Shown here: in pieces, positions 41,000 to 52,811 of the stretch | How positions within the stretch are numbered: the first letter of the stretch is position 1 | How the letters are laid out: each line of letters starts with the position of its first letter | Assembly (NCBI GenBank): GCA_964016885.1 | Contig: OZ024755.1 | Coordinates: forward strand, 33,418,001 to 33,482,000 | Length of the DNA stretch: 64,000 nt | DNA from: Eledone cirrhosa | Lineage: Eukaryota | Reading direction: 5' to 3' | Notes under the pieces: model-generated | Databases searched by the model: none | The model's input: the letters and a program-made list of their open reading frames with translations, nothing else | Told to the model about the DNA's origin: nothing | Position numbers and translations under genes: made by a program

Positions 41000-41590
41000 T
41001 TTACACCTCTCCAAGACAATGTCACTGGACCGAGACCTTTGGCGGTACTCAGTAATAGAGAAGACCCGCCTTACCTAAATACAAAGTAAAAACCTACTAC
41101 AGTCAGTAGGCACCTCTATCAAAACACACACCCGTCCCACCACCTCCACCCCACCCACACCGCCCCTTTCAATGTAAAGTTATGTTGGTCCCACAACATC
41201 CAGGCCGAAACAAATGAGATCGTGTAGGTGTCACGACAAAAAAACACACAGTCCACGCTGTAAATGTGGCCGTGTAGGCAACACGGTAAAAACCTCCCAG
41301 CCCCACACTATAAATGTGGTTGGTGTTAGGAAGGGCATCCAGCTGTAGAAAACCCGCCAGACAGTCCACGCTGTAATGTGACCGTGTAGGCAACACGGTA
41401 AAAACCTCCCAGCCCCACACTGTAAATGTGGTTGGTGTTAGGAAGGGCATCCAACTGTAGAAAACCCGCCAGACAGTCCTATGCGAGCAAGACAACCACT
41501 CTTGCCTCAAGTGGGAAAACCCCCGTCCAAACCCATGCAAGCGTGGAACACGGACGCTAAACCTGATGATGATGATGATGATGATGATAT
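41000..41590 (+). mobile_element. RTE family B 3' end
   Basis: Encodes LHLSKTMSLDRDLWRYSVIEKTRLT*, then 3'UTR and (GAT)n. Confidence 0.85.
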
Positions 41591-41802
41591 AAGTATGTAT
41601 ACGTACATACATATATGTATACAGACGTATAGTAGTATGTATATAGATACATACATGCACACATATATATATATGTACATATGGGTTTACCGAACAGTTA
41701 TTATAATTTTCGGTTTGTTTGTAAACAAACAGCCAGAATTAAGCTGTACAGTGTTCGGCAACCATCGTTGCCCTTTTGTTCAACACTGAAAAAGGAACGA
41801 TG

Positions 41803-41860
<58 letters not shown>

Positions 41861-41880
41861 ATATATATGTCTCTCTCTAT

Positions 41881-42130
41881 CTAAGGCGGGTAAAATTCCC
41901 GAGATCCATGGACGCGTTCTCTCCAGCGGTCTCTGTCCCTCATTATCGCTGCCATGTCCTGCGTCTCCAACAGACCAGTGTCTGTCCTTAGGATGAAAAA
42001 CTCAGAGCTGTATGGGAGCATCCCAAAAGTCAGCTCAAAAGTGACACAGAGGAGACTGAGGTTAGCTGGACATGCTCACCGACATCCAGAGTTGACATTG
42101 CACTCAGTGCTCCTTTGGGAGCCCCTACAT
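41881..42130. mobile_element. RTE-type LINE 3' fragment with 5' inversion
   Basis: Minus 41993-41882 reads ILRTDTGLLETQDMAAIMRDRDRWRERV...*; plus 41993-42130 reads NSELYGSIPKVSSKVTQRRLRLAGHAHRHPE...LLWEPLH. Confidence 0.75.
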
Positions 42131-42213
42131 ATATATATATATACAATATATATATATACAATATATATAGATACAATATATATAGATACAATATATATTG
42201 ATACAATATATAT

Positions 42214-42249
<36 letters not shown>

Positions 42250-42254
<5 letters not shown>

Positions 42255-42372
42255 CGAAACATAAGTCAATTGCATGAACTTATAATCCTTTATTTACTGC
42301 TATATATATTTCAATGATAGCCATTGTTTATAGTGCTGATGGTATCAGAGCCTTGGGACATATGAGGTTGTT

Positions 42373-42380
<8 letters not shown>
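42250..42380 (-). mobile_element. Deleted copy of the 9615-9775 element retaining only the 3' half of the HHR
   Basis: Reverse complement gives CAATGGCTATCATTGAAATATATATAGCAGTAAATAAAGG; the CTGATGA segment is deleted. Confidence 0.75.
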
Positions 42381-42408
<28 letters not shown>

Positions 42409-42606
42409 CAAAGGAGGTGTGGTAAGGAACCAGATGGACCATAACGCACCAGAGTATTCAATACTTAGGGTAGTAGAGTGGGTAATAGAAAAATGTATGA
42501 CCCCAACGGCAGAGCTCAAGCCGTTTCGGCGGCTATTTCTGAGTCCAGAAATTGCCGTCGAAATCGCTTGAGCTTTGCCGCCGGGGTCATATATTTTCCT
42601 ATATAT

Positions 42607-42902
42607 ATCATCATCATCATCATTTTACGTCCGCTTTTCCCTGCTTGCAAGGGTGGGACGGGTCTTATTCAGCACAGCATCTCTCCACTTGTCACGGTCC
42701 TTCGTCATCTCCACCGTGGACTTCAATGATCTGAGGTCTGTTCTCACCACCTCCGCCCATGTTTTTCGTGGTCTACCTCTACCACGTCTTCCTTCAACTG
42801 GCATTTCCTGGCACTTCTTCACCCATCGGTCATCCTCCATGCGCATCACATGTCCAAACCACCTCAGTCTCCTCTCCCGTACACAACATTCTATCCCTCT
42901 CA
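42607..42902 (-). mobile_element. RTE family A 3' fragment
   Basis: Reads RRLRWFGHVMRMEDDRWVKKC...[14 protein letters not shown]. Confidence 0.9.
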
Positions 42903-42950
<48 letters not shown>

Positions 42951-42984
42951 TCAGACATACACATGAGCATGGATACATCAAAGC

Positions 42985-43415
42985 TCCGATTATCTGGCAA
43001 CTGACTTGGTAAACACCCACAAAATTATTACCCATCTTGCCAACAACAACCCTGAGCATCTTTTCGAATTTCATGTGTCTAACACACGTGGACATGCCTT
43101 CAAAGTCAGAAAACAGCACAGCTCCCATGACTTACGGAAACATTTTTTCACACTCAGACTTGCTGAAGCTTGGAACAAACTACCTGCATCAGTTGTTAGC
43201 TGTCGAGACACTGCATCCTTCAAAACATCCCTGCTTCCTGAAATTTGCCAACACTACACCTGATATCCCCCCCCCCTCCATACACACGCACATGTATATC
43301 ATGACTCATACACTGTTCACTTTCCTGACATTTGTACATTATTCTATGTACTATACATGCACCTTTGATGAGTTGTAGTGCACCTGAGCACTGTACACAA
43401 TAATTTCATTATTAT
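42985..43415 (+). mobile_element. CR1/L2-type LINE 3' end
   Basis: Reads SNTRGHAFKVRKQ...RKHFFTLRLAEAWNKLP; (ATT)n tail. Confidence 0.85.
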
Positions 43416-43458
43416 TGTCATATATATGTATATATATGTATATATAAATATATATATA

Positions 43459-43492
<34 letters not shown>

Positions 43493-43545
43493 AATATATA
43501 TACAATATTAAACAAATGGAAATTACATTTATAAAACCATATTTA

Positions 43546-43606
43546 TTTCATTATATATATTTCAGGAATATCATATTAAAATATGGTATGCCCTCTTCAG
43601 ACAAAA
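43546..43606 (-). ncRNA. Hammerhead ribozyme motif in a Penelope-like remnant (about 43500-43716)
   Basis: TTTTGT-CTGAAGA-gggcataccatatt tt aatatgatattcct-GAAA-T(ATAT)A-TA-ATGAAA; adjacent 31-bp inverted repeat (43611-43641 and 43686-43716). Confidence 0.8.
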
Positions 43607-43717
43607 TACAATATATAGACAGTTTTATAAATAAATTTGACATACCTTAGAGTTTGCAACTTCCATTTAAAAAGTTGTTACGGTAGTCAAATTTATTTAT
43701 AAAACTGTCTATATATG

Positions 43718-45161
43718 GGACGGGGGTGTATTTTGTTAGAGATGCCTACTGACTGTAGTAGGTTTTACTTTGTATTTAGGTAAGGCGGGTCTTCTCTATT
43801 ACTGAGTACCGCCAAAGGTCTCGGTCCAGTGACATTGTCTTGGTGAGGTGTAAGTGTGTGAGGTCGGAGTTTATCAGCTTGTCCCAGGTTTTTCTGGGTC
43901 TGCCGTGGCTACCGTCTATCTTTATTGCCCTGCACTTTGTTATACAGCTATCGTCCTTCATGCGCATCACGTGACCATACCAACGTAGCCTTCTCTCTAG
44001 TAAACAACATCTGATCCCTCTTATTTCTAATTTTTTCCTTAGTTCGTTTATGCTTTGTCGTTCACGTATATTACTATTACACATCCAGCGGAGCATGCAA
44101 CCTTCGTTTCTCTCTAGTCTGCATATATCCTCTGCACACAATGCCCAGGTCTCACTGCCATGCAACATTGCTGTTCGTATGCAGGCATCGTACAACCTGC
44201 CTTTCATTTTTAGGAAGAACCCTTTAGCGGCTAATAGTGGTATAAGCTCTCTGAACTTTTTCCACCCAGTTCTGACTCTAGCTACTGTACTTTCAGAGCA
44301 CCCTCCCCCACTGCTGATTTTGTCACCCAGGTAACGGAAGCTGTCCACTATTTCTATAGAACCCTCTGCGCAGTTGAAAGAGCTAGTATTTGTGGGCACT
44401 TGCTGCTACTTATTGCCCCAGAACACTGGCCACATGTAAATTCTATGTTCTTAGTTAGCTTACCTGTGATCCCACTACATCTTTTATGAACCCAAACTTT
44501 GCATTTGGGACACAAAATGGAATTTCTACCTACGCCTTTCCTACACTCTGCGCATGGCCACTTCCCGGAGGGGACCGCCGCCTTATTTTCTTTCTTACAA
44601 ACTAGAACTTTAGTCTTAGCCAGGTTAATTTTAAGGCCTTTTGATTCTAGCCCGTGCTTCCAAGTTTGGAATTTCTTCTCTAGCTCGGCCATTGATTCAG
44701 CTATGAGCGTTAGATCATCTGCGTATAGGAGTTCCCATGGGCAGCCGGTCTTGAACTCCACTGTTATAGCCTGGAGGGCAATAATAAATAGTAGGGGGCT
44801 AAGAACAGAGCCCTGATGAACACCAACTTTTACACTAAACTCTTCACTATATTCGTTGTTAATTCTAACCTTGCTGACTGTTTCTTTATACATGGCTTGT
44901 ATAGCTCTCACAAGCCATTCATCGACACCTAGTTTTCTAAGAGCCCACCAGATAATGGAACGGGGGACTCTGTCGAAGGCCTTCTCCAAGTCAACGAAAG
45001 CTAAGTATAGGGGTTTACTTTTAGCTAGGTACTTCTCCTGTAGTTGTCGTACAATGAAAAGAGCGTCTGTGGTACTTTTTCCTGACACAAACCCGAACTA
45101 CATTTCATCTAGATCAATTCGCTCTCTGATTAGTTGCGCTATTACTTTTTCCGTGACCTTC
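43718..45161 (-). pseudogene. 5'-truncated RTE-clade LINE (family B) reverse transcriptase, disabled
   Basis: Motifs [29 protein letters not shown], a Cys-rich insert and RRLRWYGHV. TAG at 45098-45100 (EM*FGF) and a frameshift near 44395. Confidence 0.95.
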
Positions 45162-45247
<86 letters not shown>

Positions 45248-45269
45248 TATACATATATATATATATATT

Positions 45270-45322
<53 letters not shown>

Positions 45323-45347
45323 TTATATATACATATATATATATATT

Positions 45348-45387
<40 letters not shown>

Positions 45388-45535
45388 CATATATATATAT
45401 AGTGTAGGTAGTGCCACCCCACGAATTACACCAAAATATACACATACACCTACACACAATAAATAGGGCCAATGCCTAAATATATACTTTCTCAGTCCAC
45501 ATACCAAAACAAAAACATATCTTTTGTCACATCAC

Positions 45536-45623
45536 CAGTCTGAGGAGCAAGTCGATACTGGAGTCAGGTCCATAACTTCTATGGGTCACCTTGAGCCAAT
45601 CCGCTGCAAAACGCACGTAACAG
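45536..45623 (+). ncRNA. Degenerate hammerhead motif
   Basis: CAGT-CTGAGGA-gca...tgc-AAAA-C(GCAC)G-TA-ACAG. G12 reads A, which is consistent with CpG decay of GCGAAA. Confidence 0.4.
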
Positions 45624-45663
45624 ATAGATACGCAATAAATATTTTATATATATATATATATAT

Positions 45664-46003
45664 ATGGAAGCACATGGCTTAGTGGTTAAAGCATTGGCCT
45701 TGCAATCGAAAGGTTGTGAATTCAATTCTCAGACCGGGTGATGTGTTGTTTCCTTGAGCAAGACACTTTATTTCACATTGCTCCAGTTTACTCAGCTGTA
45801 GAATTGAGATGATAGGGACTGGGGTCCCTATCATTCCACTGCAAAGTGGTCGTGGAGGTGCCACGGCAAAAATAGCACCCAGCACTCACTGTAAATGAGG
45901 TTGGTGTTAGGAAGGGCATCCAGCTGTAGAAATCAAGCCAGAATCAGTTCCCGTACCACCCTTGCAAGCAGGGAAAAGTGGACGTAAAATGATGATGATG
46001 ATG
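45664..46003 (+). mobile_element. SINE family A
   Basis: Full head, core and tail. Confidence 0.9.
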
Positions 46004-47305
46004 ATATATATATTAAGATTTAGATATAGATATAATTTTGACTTTTAGAGTGTTTGAAAATATATTTTTGAAACATTCAGATATTCAACACTAAAACTGT
46101 TCCATTAGAAAGGCATTAGTGTTGCATTAAACGTTTTGAATTAATTCTGTCCTGGCATACTTTATATCGAATTATTACTGTTACTACAGGGAATTAACAA
46201 AACCTCACATTGAAAGGAACCATTCCATTGAGATATCAAAGATCTCAAGTTCTCCTAATGGGATGTATAAAACTGAATCTAAAGGAAAGTTATCAAAAAT
46301 ATAAATAAATGAATACTTTTTCTTTCAATTGGTTTTAATCATTAAAAGATAGTTAAGTTATTTCTATTTTTGTTGATATTGTTGCTGTTATGAGATGCTT
46401 TTAAAACTTTTTAAAATGTGCACTGTATATCTCATTAAGTTCATATAGAGAGACAGACAAGCTATTAACATGATACATCTAAACAGCATCCTTAAGCACA
46501 CAGTGGATTAACTTGCACCTGGCAAGGTCATCAAAATAAATTCAGCATTTTTATTTTTTCAAATTCTCCTGTTTAAATGCAAAATTTGCTTATTCCATTC
46601 AGACATTTTGTAAACAAGTTGGAAAATAAATAAGAAAATACATCATAAATTCTCGCTCACACTTCACCATTCCATCTCCATATGCATTCAGAGGATTTAT
46701 AGAAGGTTTATGTGTCTGGTGTTGATAAATGGATTTGGCAGTTTGCATTCTAGAAATACTATTTGTCATTCTCTACACTTCATATTTTATCATTAAAATT
46801 TCTTTAGGGTTTGTTGTAATACAGTGTTTAGATGTAGCTTATCTTTGTCTGGCTCATGTCTGCGGCATGTGTGTGTTTGTGGATATAAAATGGTTGCTTT
46901 TATTATTCAGCCCCAGGTCAGCCCAGTTGAAGCAGAACTATAACTACTCCGTCATATTTTTTCAAACTTTTTTCTCCCTTTTTTTTAAGCTAGACATGGG
47001 AGGGTGTTATAAAGGAGATTTGGCTGCTAAATCAGGTGAATTAAGTAAGCCTATAGAAGCTTTTGCTTGGTATGTATATGTAATACGAGAATCAGTGTGT
47101 GTGTGTGTGAGTATATATATGTACATGTGTGAATTACGCCACAGGGATAGGATTAAGTATTATGCAAGTAATATACATAACATATATTGCAACGTATAAG
47201 CTGCATGTGGATATAGAAAATAGTGTGTGATATAAGCGTTGCATGTGTATATGCGATATTGCAATGTATGTCTTAAAGAGTTATGTATATGTATCATAAT
47301 GTAGA

Positions 47306-47455
47306 GCAGGCATAGGCAACCTTTTTTAGCAGGGGACCTCATGAGATATGTATTCAAGGTAATTTTTCCTTAGGTGTGTCATTCCGAAAAACAAATACGT
47401 TACATGTGGTCCATGGAGCACAGTTTGTCCATGGGGCACAGTTAATCTATGACTG
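47306..47455. mobile_element. Old hAT-type MITE
   Basis: CAGGCATAGGCAAC...GTTAATCTATGACTG with near-TSD ATGTAGAG/ATATAGGG. Confidence 0.5.
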
Positions 47456-47639
47456 ATATAGGGTGTAGGCATAGCTAACGAATAAATAAGATTACTTCAC
47501 AATCATAAGGTTTCAATTTTGCTCTCACAAAACAGCATCTTAGGAAAATGTGTTTTATAGGTCTCCTTCCTAACCATGATGCTCTGATTTCAGTTCCATT
47601 GTATAGTATCTTCTAGAATAGCATCAGGGGACCCGAGTT

Positions 47640-48850
47640 CTTCTTCTTCTCCTTCACCTACTTTTTCACCCACTTATTCCTGAGAGGATCATGTGGGAAG
47701 ATTCCTCAAACACTCCTTCCAGCAGGTCCTGTCAGAAGCAACCATCTCCAACTGATCCAGCTGGATCCCCAAGCGTGACCAGCCAAGCTCATGGATGTTA
47801 TCCAAACACCTTGCTCGGGATCTATTTCAGGGTCTCCTGCCGGTTGGTTTTGCCTGTAAAATCTGTCAAGTGATTCTTTCCTGAGACATTCTAACCACCT
47901 GCCCATAGTATCGGAGCTGTGATCTCTCAATTCAGAGAGATAGCAGCTCTACCTGGATTGACTCTGCTGTGATTCTTTCCTGAGACATTCTAACCACATG
48001 TCCATAGTATCGGAGATGTGGTCTCTCAATTCAGAGAGGTAGCTCTACCTGGATTGACTCTTCTGTGATTCTTTCCTGAGACATTCTAACCACATGCCCA
48101 TAGTATCAGAGCTGTGATCTCTCAATTCAGAGAGATAGCAGCTCTACCTGGATTGACTCTGCTGTGATTCTTTCCTGAGACATTCTAACCACATGTCCAT
48201 AGTATCGGAGATGTGGTCTCTCAATTCAGAGAGGTAGCTCTACCTGGATTGACTCTTCTGTGATTCTTTCCTGAGACATTCTAACCACATGCCCATAGTA
48301 TCAGAGCTGTGATCTCTCAATTCAGAGATATAGCAGCTCTACCTGGATTGACTCTTCTGTGATTCTTTCCTGAAACATTCTGACCACATGCCCATAGTAT
48401 CGGAGCTGTGATCTCTCAATTCAGAGAGATAGCAGCTCTACCTGGATTGACTCTTCTGTGATTCTTTCCTGAAACATTCTGACCACATGCCCATAGTATC
48501 GGAGCTGTGATCTCTCAATTCAGAGAGATAGCAGCTCTACCTGGATTGACTCTTCTGTGATTCTTTCCTGAAACATTCTGACCACATGCCCATAGTATCG
48601 GAGCTGTGATCTCTCAATTCAGAGAGATAGCAGCTCTACCTGGATTGACTCTTCTGTGATTCTTTCCTGAAACATTCTAACCACATGTCCATAGTATCGG
48701 AGCTGTGATCTCTCAATTCAGAGAAGTAGCGGCTCTATGTGGAGTGACTCTCTGATCGCCGATCTACGAACTCTCTCGAGTAACATTACTCCAAAGACAC
48801 TTTGGAGGAAACTCATTCCAGCCGCTTGTGTTCACGATCGTATCTTCAGC
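47640..48850 (-). mobile_element. Rex3/Expander-like RTE 3' fragment with a tandem array of about 99 bp x9 (47870-48735)
   Basis: Minus strand reads QAAGMSFLQSVFGVMLLERVRRSAIRESLHIEPLLL*IERSQLRYYG...AKPTGRRP; (AAG)n tail. Confidence 0.8.
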
Positions 48851-49151
48851 TCATCTGAGTTTGTGAGTGAAATTGGGCAGGCAGAAACAGTTAAGAAGCC
48901 TGCCAGATGGACATTACCTCTAGTTCAATTTTGTCTTATATTGTCTTACATTGAATCTGCCTGAGGATTACACAGCAATAAGTAAATAGTTCTGCGGATC
49001 AAATGACTGGAATACACATTTTTAAAATTATTGAGAATGCATGTATTTTATTTTACAATTTCATCACAGTTGACCTTGGACTATGCAAAAACTATCCCCC
49101 ACTATGACTTATAATACTATAACTATTGTTTTTGAACAATAACTTTATTTA

Positions 49152-49328
49152 TAATATTGGTTTCTACTTTTGGCACAAGGCCAGCAATTATCTCAGTGCA
49201 TTATTGGTACTTTATTTTATAGACCCCATAAGGATGAAAGGTAAAGTTAACCTCGGCGGGATTTTATTTCAGAACGTAAAGGGCTACAAAGCATGGTGTC
49301 TGATGCTCTACCGACATTGCCAATTCAT
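49152..49328 (-). mobile_element. SINE family B
   Basis: Family core present. Confidence 0.75.
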
Positions 49329-49429
49329 GACAACTATAATGACAGCAATAATTTAAAAAAAAGGCAAACAAAAGAAAAGAAAGAAAAGGGAAATATAGAG
49401 AAAAAGAAAGAGAGAAAGAAAGAAGAAAA

Positions 49430-49660
49430 AGAACGGGAAGGGAAGGGCAAGAGCTCTGGTGTCGCAGAAGAGAGAGAAGGGGGAGGGTGATTATGCTTTG
49501 GGCCTAGGTCAAGAGGGCAGAAGTGTTGCACCCCACTGATAAGACGGCAAAAGCATTCCCGCGGACGATGACCAGTGAGACCCGTTGCAACAGGCACCCA
49601 GCCTCGCGGTTGCCGATGCTCCGATCTTGCGGAGGAGCTCGGCAGTACAGGCTCGAAGCA
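49430..49660 (-). mobile_element. CRE-like non-LTR element 3' end
   Basis: Reads AELLRKIG...GCLLQRVSLVIVRGNAFAVL, similar to the FQRLSxAIQRGNA C-terminus of restriction-like-endonuclease LINEs; a shorter relic is at about 19470-19540. Confidence 0.6.
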
Positions 49661-49811
49661 TGTAATTTAAATAAGAGATTATAGGGTCATTTGGTGCTGG
49701 TTTCTACCAGATCAAACAACTACATTGATGTTCATTGAAAATCATTTTATAAACTCCTTCAAACTCTTTTTGTTATGTTTTTTTTTTGTTTTGTTTTTTT
49801 TGTAATATTTT

Positions 49812-49998
49812 GGATTGGCAGTATCGGTAGAGGGTCGGATGCCATGCTTTGCAGTAAAGAGTTACGGCCCTTTATGGTCTGAGCTCAAATCCCGCCGCGG
49901 TTAATTTTGCCTTTCATCCTTACAGGGTCGATAAAATAAAGTACTAGTAATACACTGAGGTAATTGTTGGCCTTGTGCCAAAAGTAGAAACAATTATT
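49812..49998 (+). mobile_element. SINE family B
   Basis: Family head and core present. Confidence 0.85.
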
Positions 49999-50989
49999 CT
50001 ATTATGTTTTTTGTTGATTTTTTTTTCATAATATTTTTAACATATTTTTGTAATACTTTAAACATAAAAAATTAACAAAAATCAAAAATCATAACTTGAT
50101 TAAGGTTAGAGGATTTACAGCTGCAATTGTCTTTTTTATGTAAATATATTCTGTTTGTATTTGAAGAATATATAAATATGTTTTGTTTACAAAGCTTTAG
50201 TTGTCCCACTTTCATAAAATTTTCAAAGTTTCAACATCTATTTATTACGGTTGAAAATTTAATTACATACTAAAACAAAATACATTTATACACTTCAGAT
50301 GAAACAAAATATATTTCTATATAAAAAAGAAATGTACTTTAGCTGTAAATCCCATAACCCTAATCAGCTTCTGCTTTTTTTGCAAATTCCGAATCTTTGA
50401 TGTTTAAAATTTTTTAAAAATTAAGAGTTTTTAAAATAAATATAGAAATAGCAAAAAGTGTTAAAGGGTTTATAAAAAATCCTAACTAAAAAATATAAAT
50501 ACGTACAATTCAGCAAAATTATTAACAAAATTTCATGTTTCTTCTAATAAATCTTTTGTCCCCATAAGTTTCAATTCTTCGAGTTTTTTTAGAAATTCTT
50601 TTTAAATAATATTTTCAACATAGGGGATTATATATTTGAAAAAGGCAAAAAAAATTCTTTTTTAAATCTCCACAAATTCAATATTTTAATTTCTTCACCA
50701 TATGAAATTTTGCCAGCATTAAAGTTTTTAATATGTGCTAATACATATGTTATATATGTATGTATAATACATACATATATACATGCATTCATATATGGAG
50801 GCGGACATTTCTTTCATAATTCTACATTCTATATTATTTGTAACTGGGTGAAAGACTGCTATCTAAGCAGTTTTCTTCACATTTGGAGTGCTTCTATGCA
50901 TCCATGACTCTGAATGCTATATTAGTAAAGGTGACACATGCAGCAAGACTAACCATGTAGCCTGTAACAAACTAACAGGACACATGGAG

Positions 50990-51165
50990 CCAATCAAAAA
51001 AGAAACGTACCACATATAAGCAATCAAATGCCCTGTGGCGTTCGAGACGTTTGGGGTAGTTGGGCCACTAACTGCAAGGTTCTTGTCTTCACTGGCGGCT
51101 CGACTAACCGAGTAACTGGTGATGCTCATGAAGGCGCTATTGCTGTTCCAACACATTTGCCATGA
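50990..51165 (+). mobile_element. CRE-like endonuclease remnant
   Basis: Reads PVAFETFGVVGPLTARFLSSLAARLTE-TGDAHEG-LLFQHI across frameshifts. Confidence 0.6.
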
Positions 51166-51406
51166 CTCCTACGGACCAATTCACAGTGTGGACTGGGTGT
51201 TTTTCAGATACCAACATAAATTTACAGAGTAAAAGGTGAATAGGGTGATCGACAGCTATAAATAGCAGACAAGTCCTTTCAACCGACTACCCTATTCACG
51301 CCAATGGGAGGACGCTAGCATGTTGTTAGTAGTTTTAGAATTGCAGCACGGGCGACGGGTCACTCGCAGGTTTGCATTTGATGCGTAAACACAGACAGTT
51401 ATTTCT

Positions 51407-51496
51407 TCCTCCTTGCTGATGATCTAAGATTTAACTACTGTGACTTTACGGATTTTAGTGAAATATATTTCTTTAATGAAATATATACAAGGAGGA
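51407..51496 (+). ncRNA. Canonical type I hammerhead ribozyme motif
   Basis: TCCTCCTTG-CTGATGA-t CTAAGATT...GATTTTAG t-GAAA-TATATTTC(TTTAAT)GAAATATA-TA-CAAGGAGGA; stem I 9 bp, stem III 8 bp. Confidence 0.85.
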
Positions 51497-52069
51497 TTAA
51501 TCATATTTGAACATCTAGTTAAACTTTAATTAGTTACCTACCTAGCTGTGTGGGATTACACACTTTACAAATTATCCCCTGTGATTGTTTCATGTTTATT
51601 TTAAATAAATATATATATGTCAATCAATTTCTAGTTGATATAAAATGCTCGGATCTATTCCTTGGAATCTTTGAGCTTATTCTACAGTGGATATGGCGCA
51701 TGTCTCGGACATGACTCCTTTAATTTAATTTAATTAAATCTATTTCGAATATATAAATATATATGATTTTACATTCATTTAAATTATTGACGTATTGTTT
51801 TATTGATATTTTTTATCTGTTTGGCCCGAATCTTCCTTTATCGATTTTAAATCGTATGGTTGATTGTAGACTTGTTCTATATGTGACGGTATTTTAACGA
51901 TAGTTATAGCTCTGATTCATCTGAATTATTGAGCCCTCTGCCGCTCATATCGAATTTCGTTTATCGTGAACTCGTGCGCCGATTTTTCGATACTCGATCT
52001 TTCTAATATATATAAATATATATATATTTATATATATATATGTGTGTGTGTATATATATATATATGAGA

Positions 52070-52478
52070 GATGACCCCTTAGCCTTTGTCAAGGCAGAAT
52101 TCTAGGAGAAGGAAAACTCTGATATAACGCCTGCAACCCTGATGGTATCCAATGATGTTGACTTGTTCTTCTTTTTGGTAAATATCATCTTGGTTAAGAG
52201 AGTGGGACTGGCTTTGTGCAGTACCTTTGCTCACTATAAAAGCTTCACGGCACAGGCATTGCTTTATATCTGGAGATCTCTCTGCACTTGTCGACACGTG
52301 GTACCATGGGCCCAGCACTATGTGTCAATAATTGTCACAAGTGTAGTGTTTGTACCAGAGTTTTCAAGTCGCTGGCTGGACTAAAAAGTCACACTCGTTC
52401 AGCGCATCGGTAGGGGTTCTCCTACATGGATATAAAGTAGTGGCCGTACTCGAAAAAAACGAGTTGGCAGCCACCATG
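52070..52478 (+). mobile_element. Internally deleted (bipartite) RTE-type element
   Basis: 5' part contains CTAGGAGAAGGAAAACTCTGA, similar to RTE 5'UTRs. 3' part encodes HKCSVCTRVFKSLAGLKSHTRSAHR*, a terminal C2H2 finger. Confidence 0.55.
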
Positions 52479-52762
52479 TGTATGTATATATGGCGTAGAC
52501 ATGCAATACAACAGGAGGAACATAATAGTACCACTGATGATGTTGCACATGTGCAACGAAAGAATTTTGTTAGACTGTATATATATGTGTTTATATCTGT
52601 ATTTTTGACCGTTGGTCAGTCAATGATAAACATTGAGGACCAAATGAATTAACTGTGGAGATATAGAAGATACAGAAGCAAAAACTAATCGAACAGTGAG
52701 TGCATTCTGTTATTATTTCTGGCAATATTATTACAAGAATATGACACTCCCCAAGTATAACA

Positions 52763-52809
<47 letters not shown>

Positions 52810-52811
<2 letters not shown>

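Noticed and set aside
2200-48970. Other CTGANGA hits (for example 2207, 20370, 26922, 33370, 38490, 48961)
   Set aside because: They lack a correctly placed GAAA, UH site and closing stem I.
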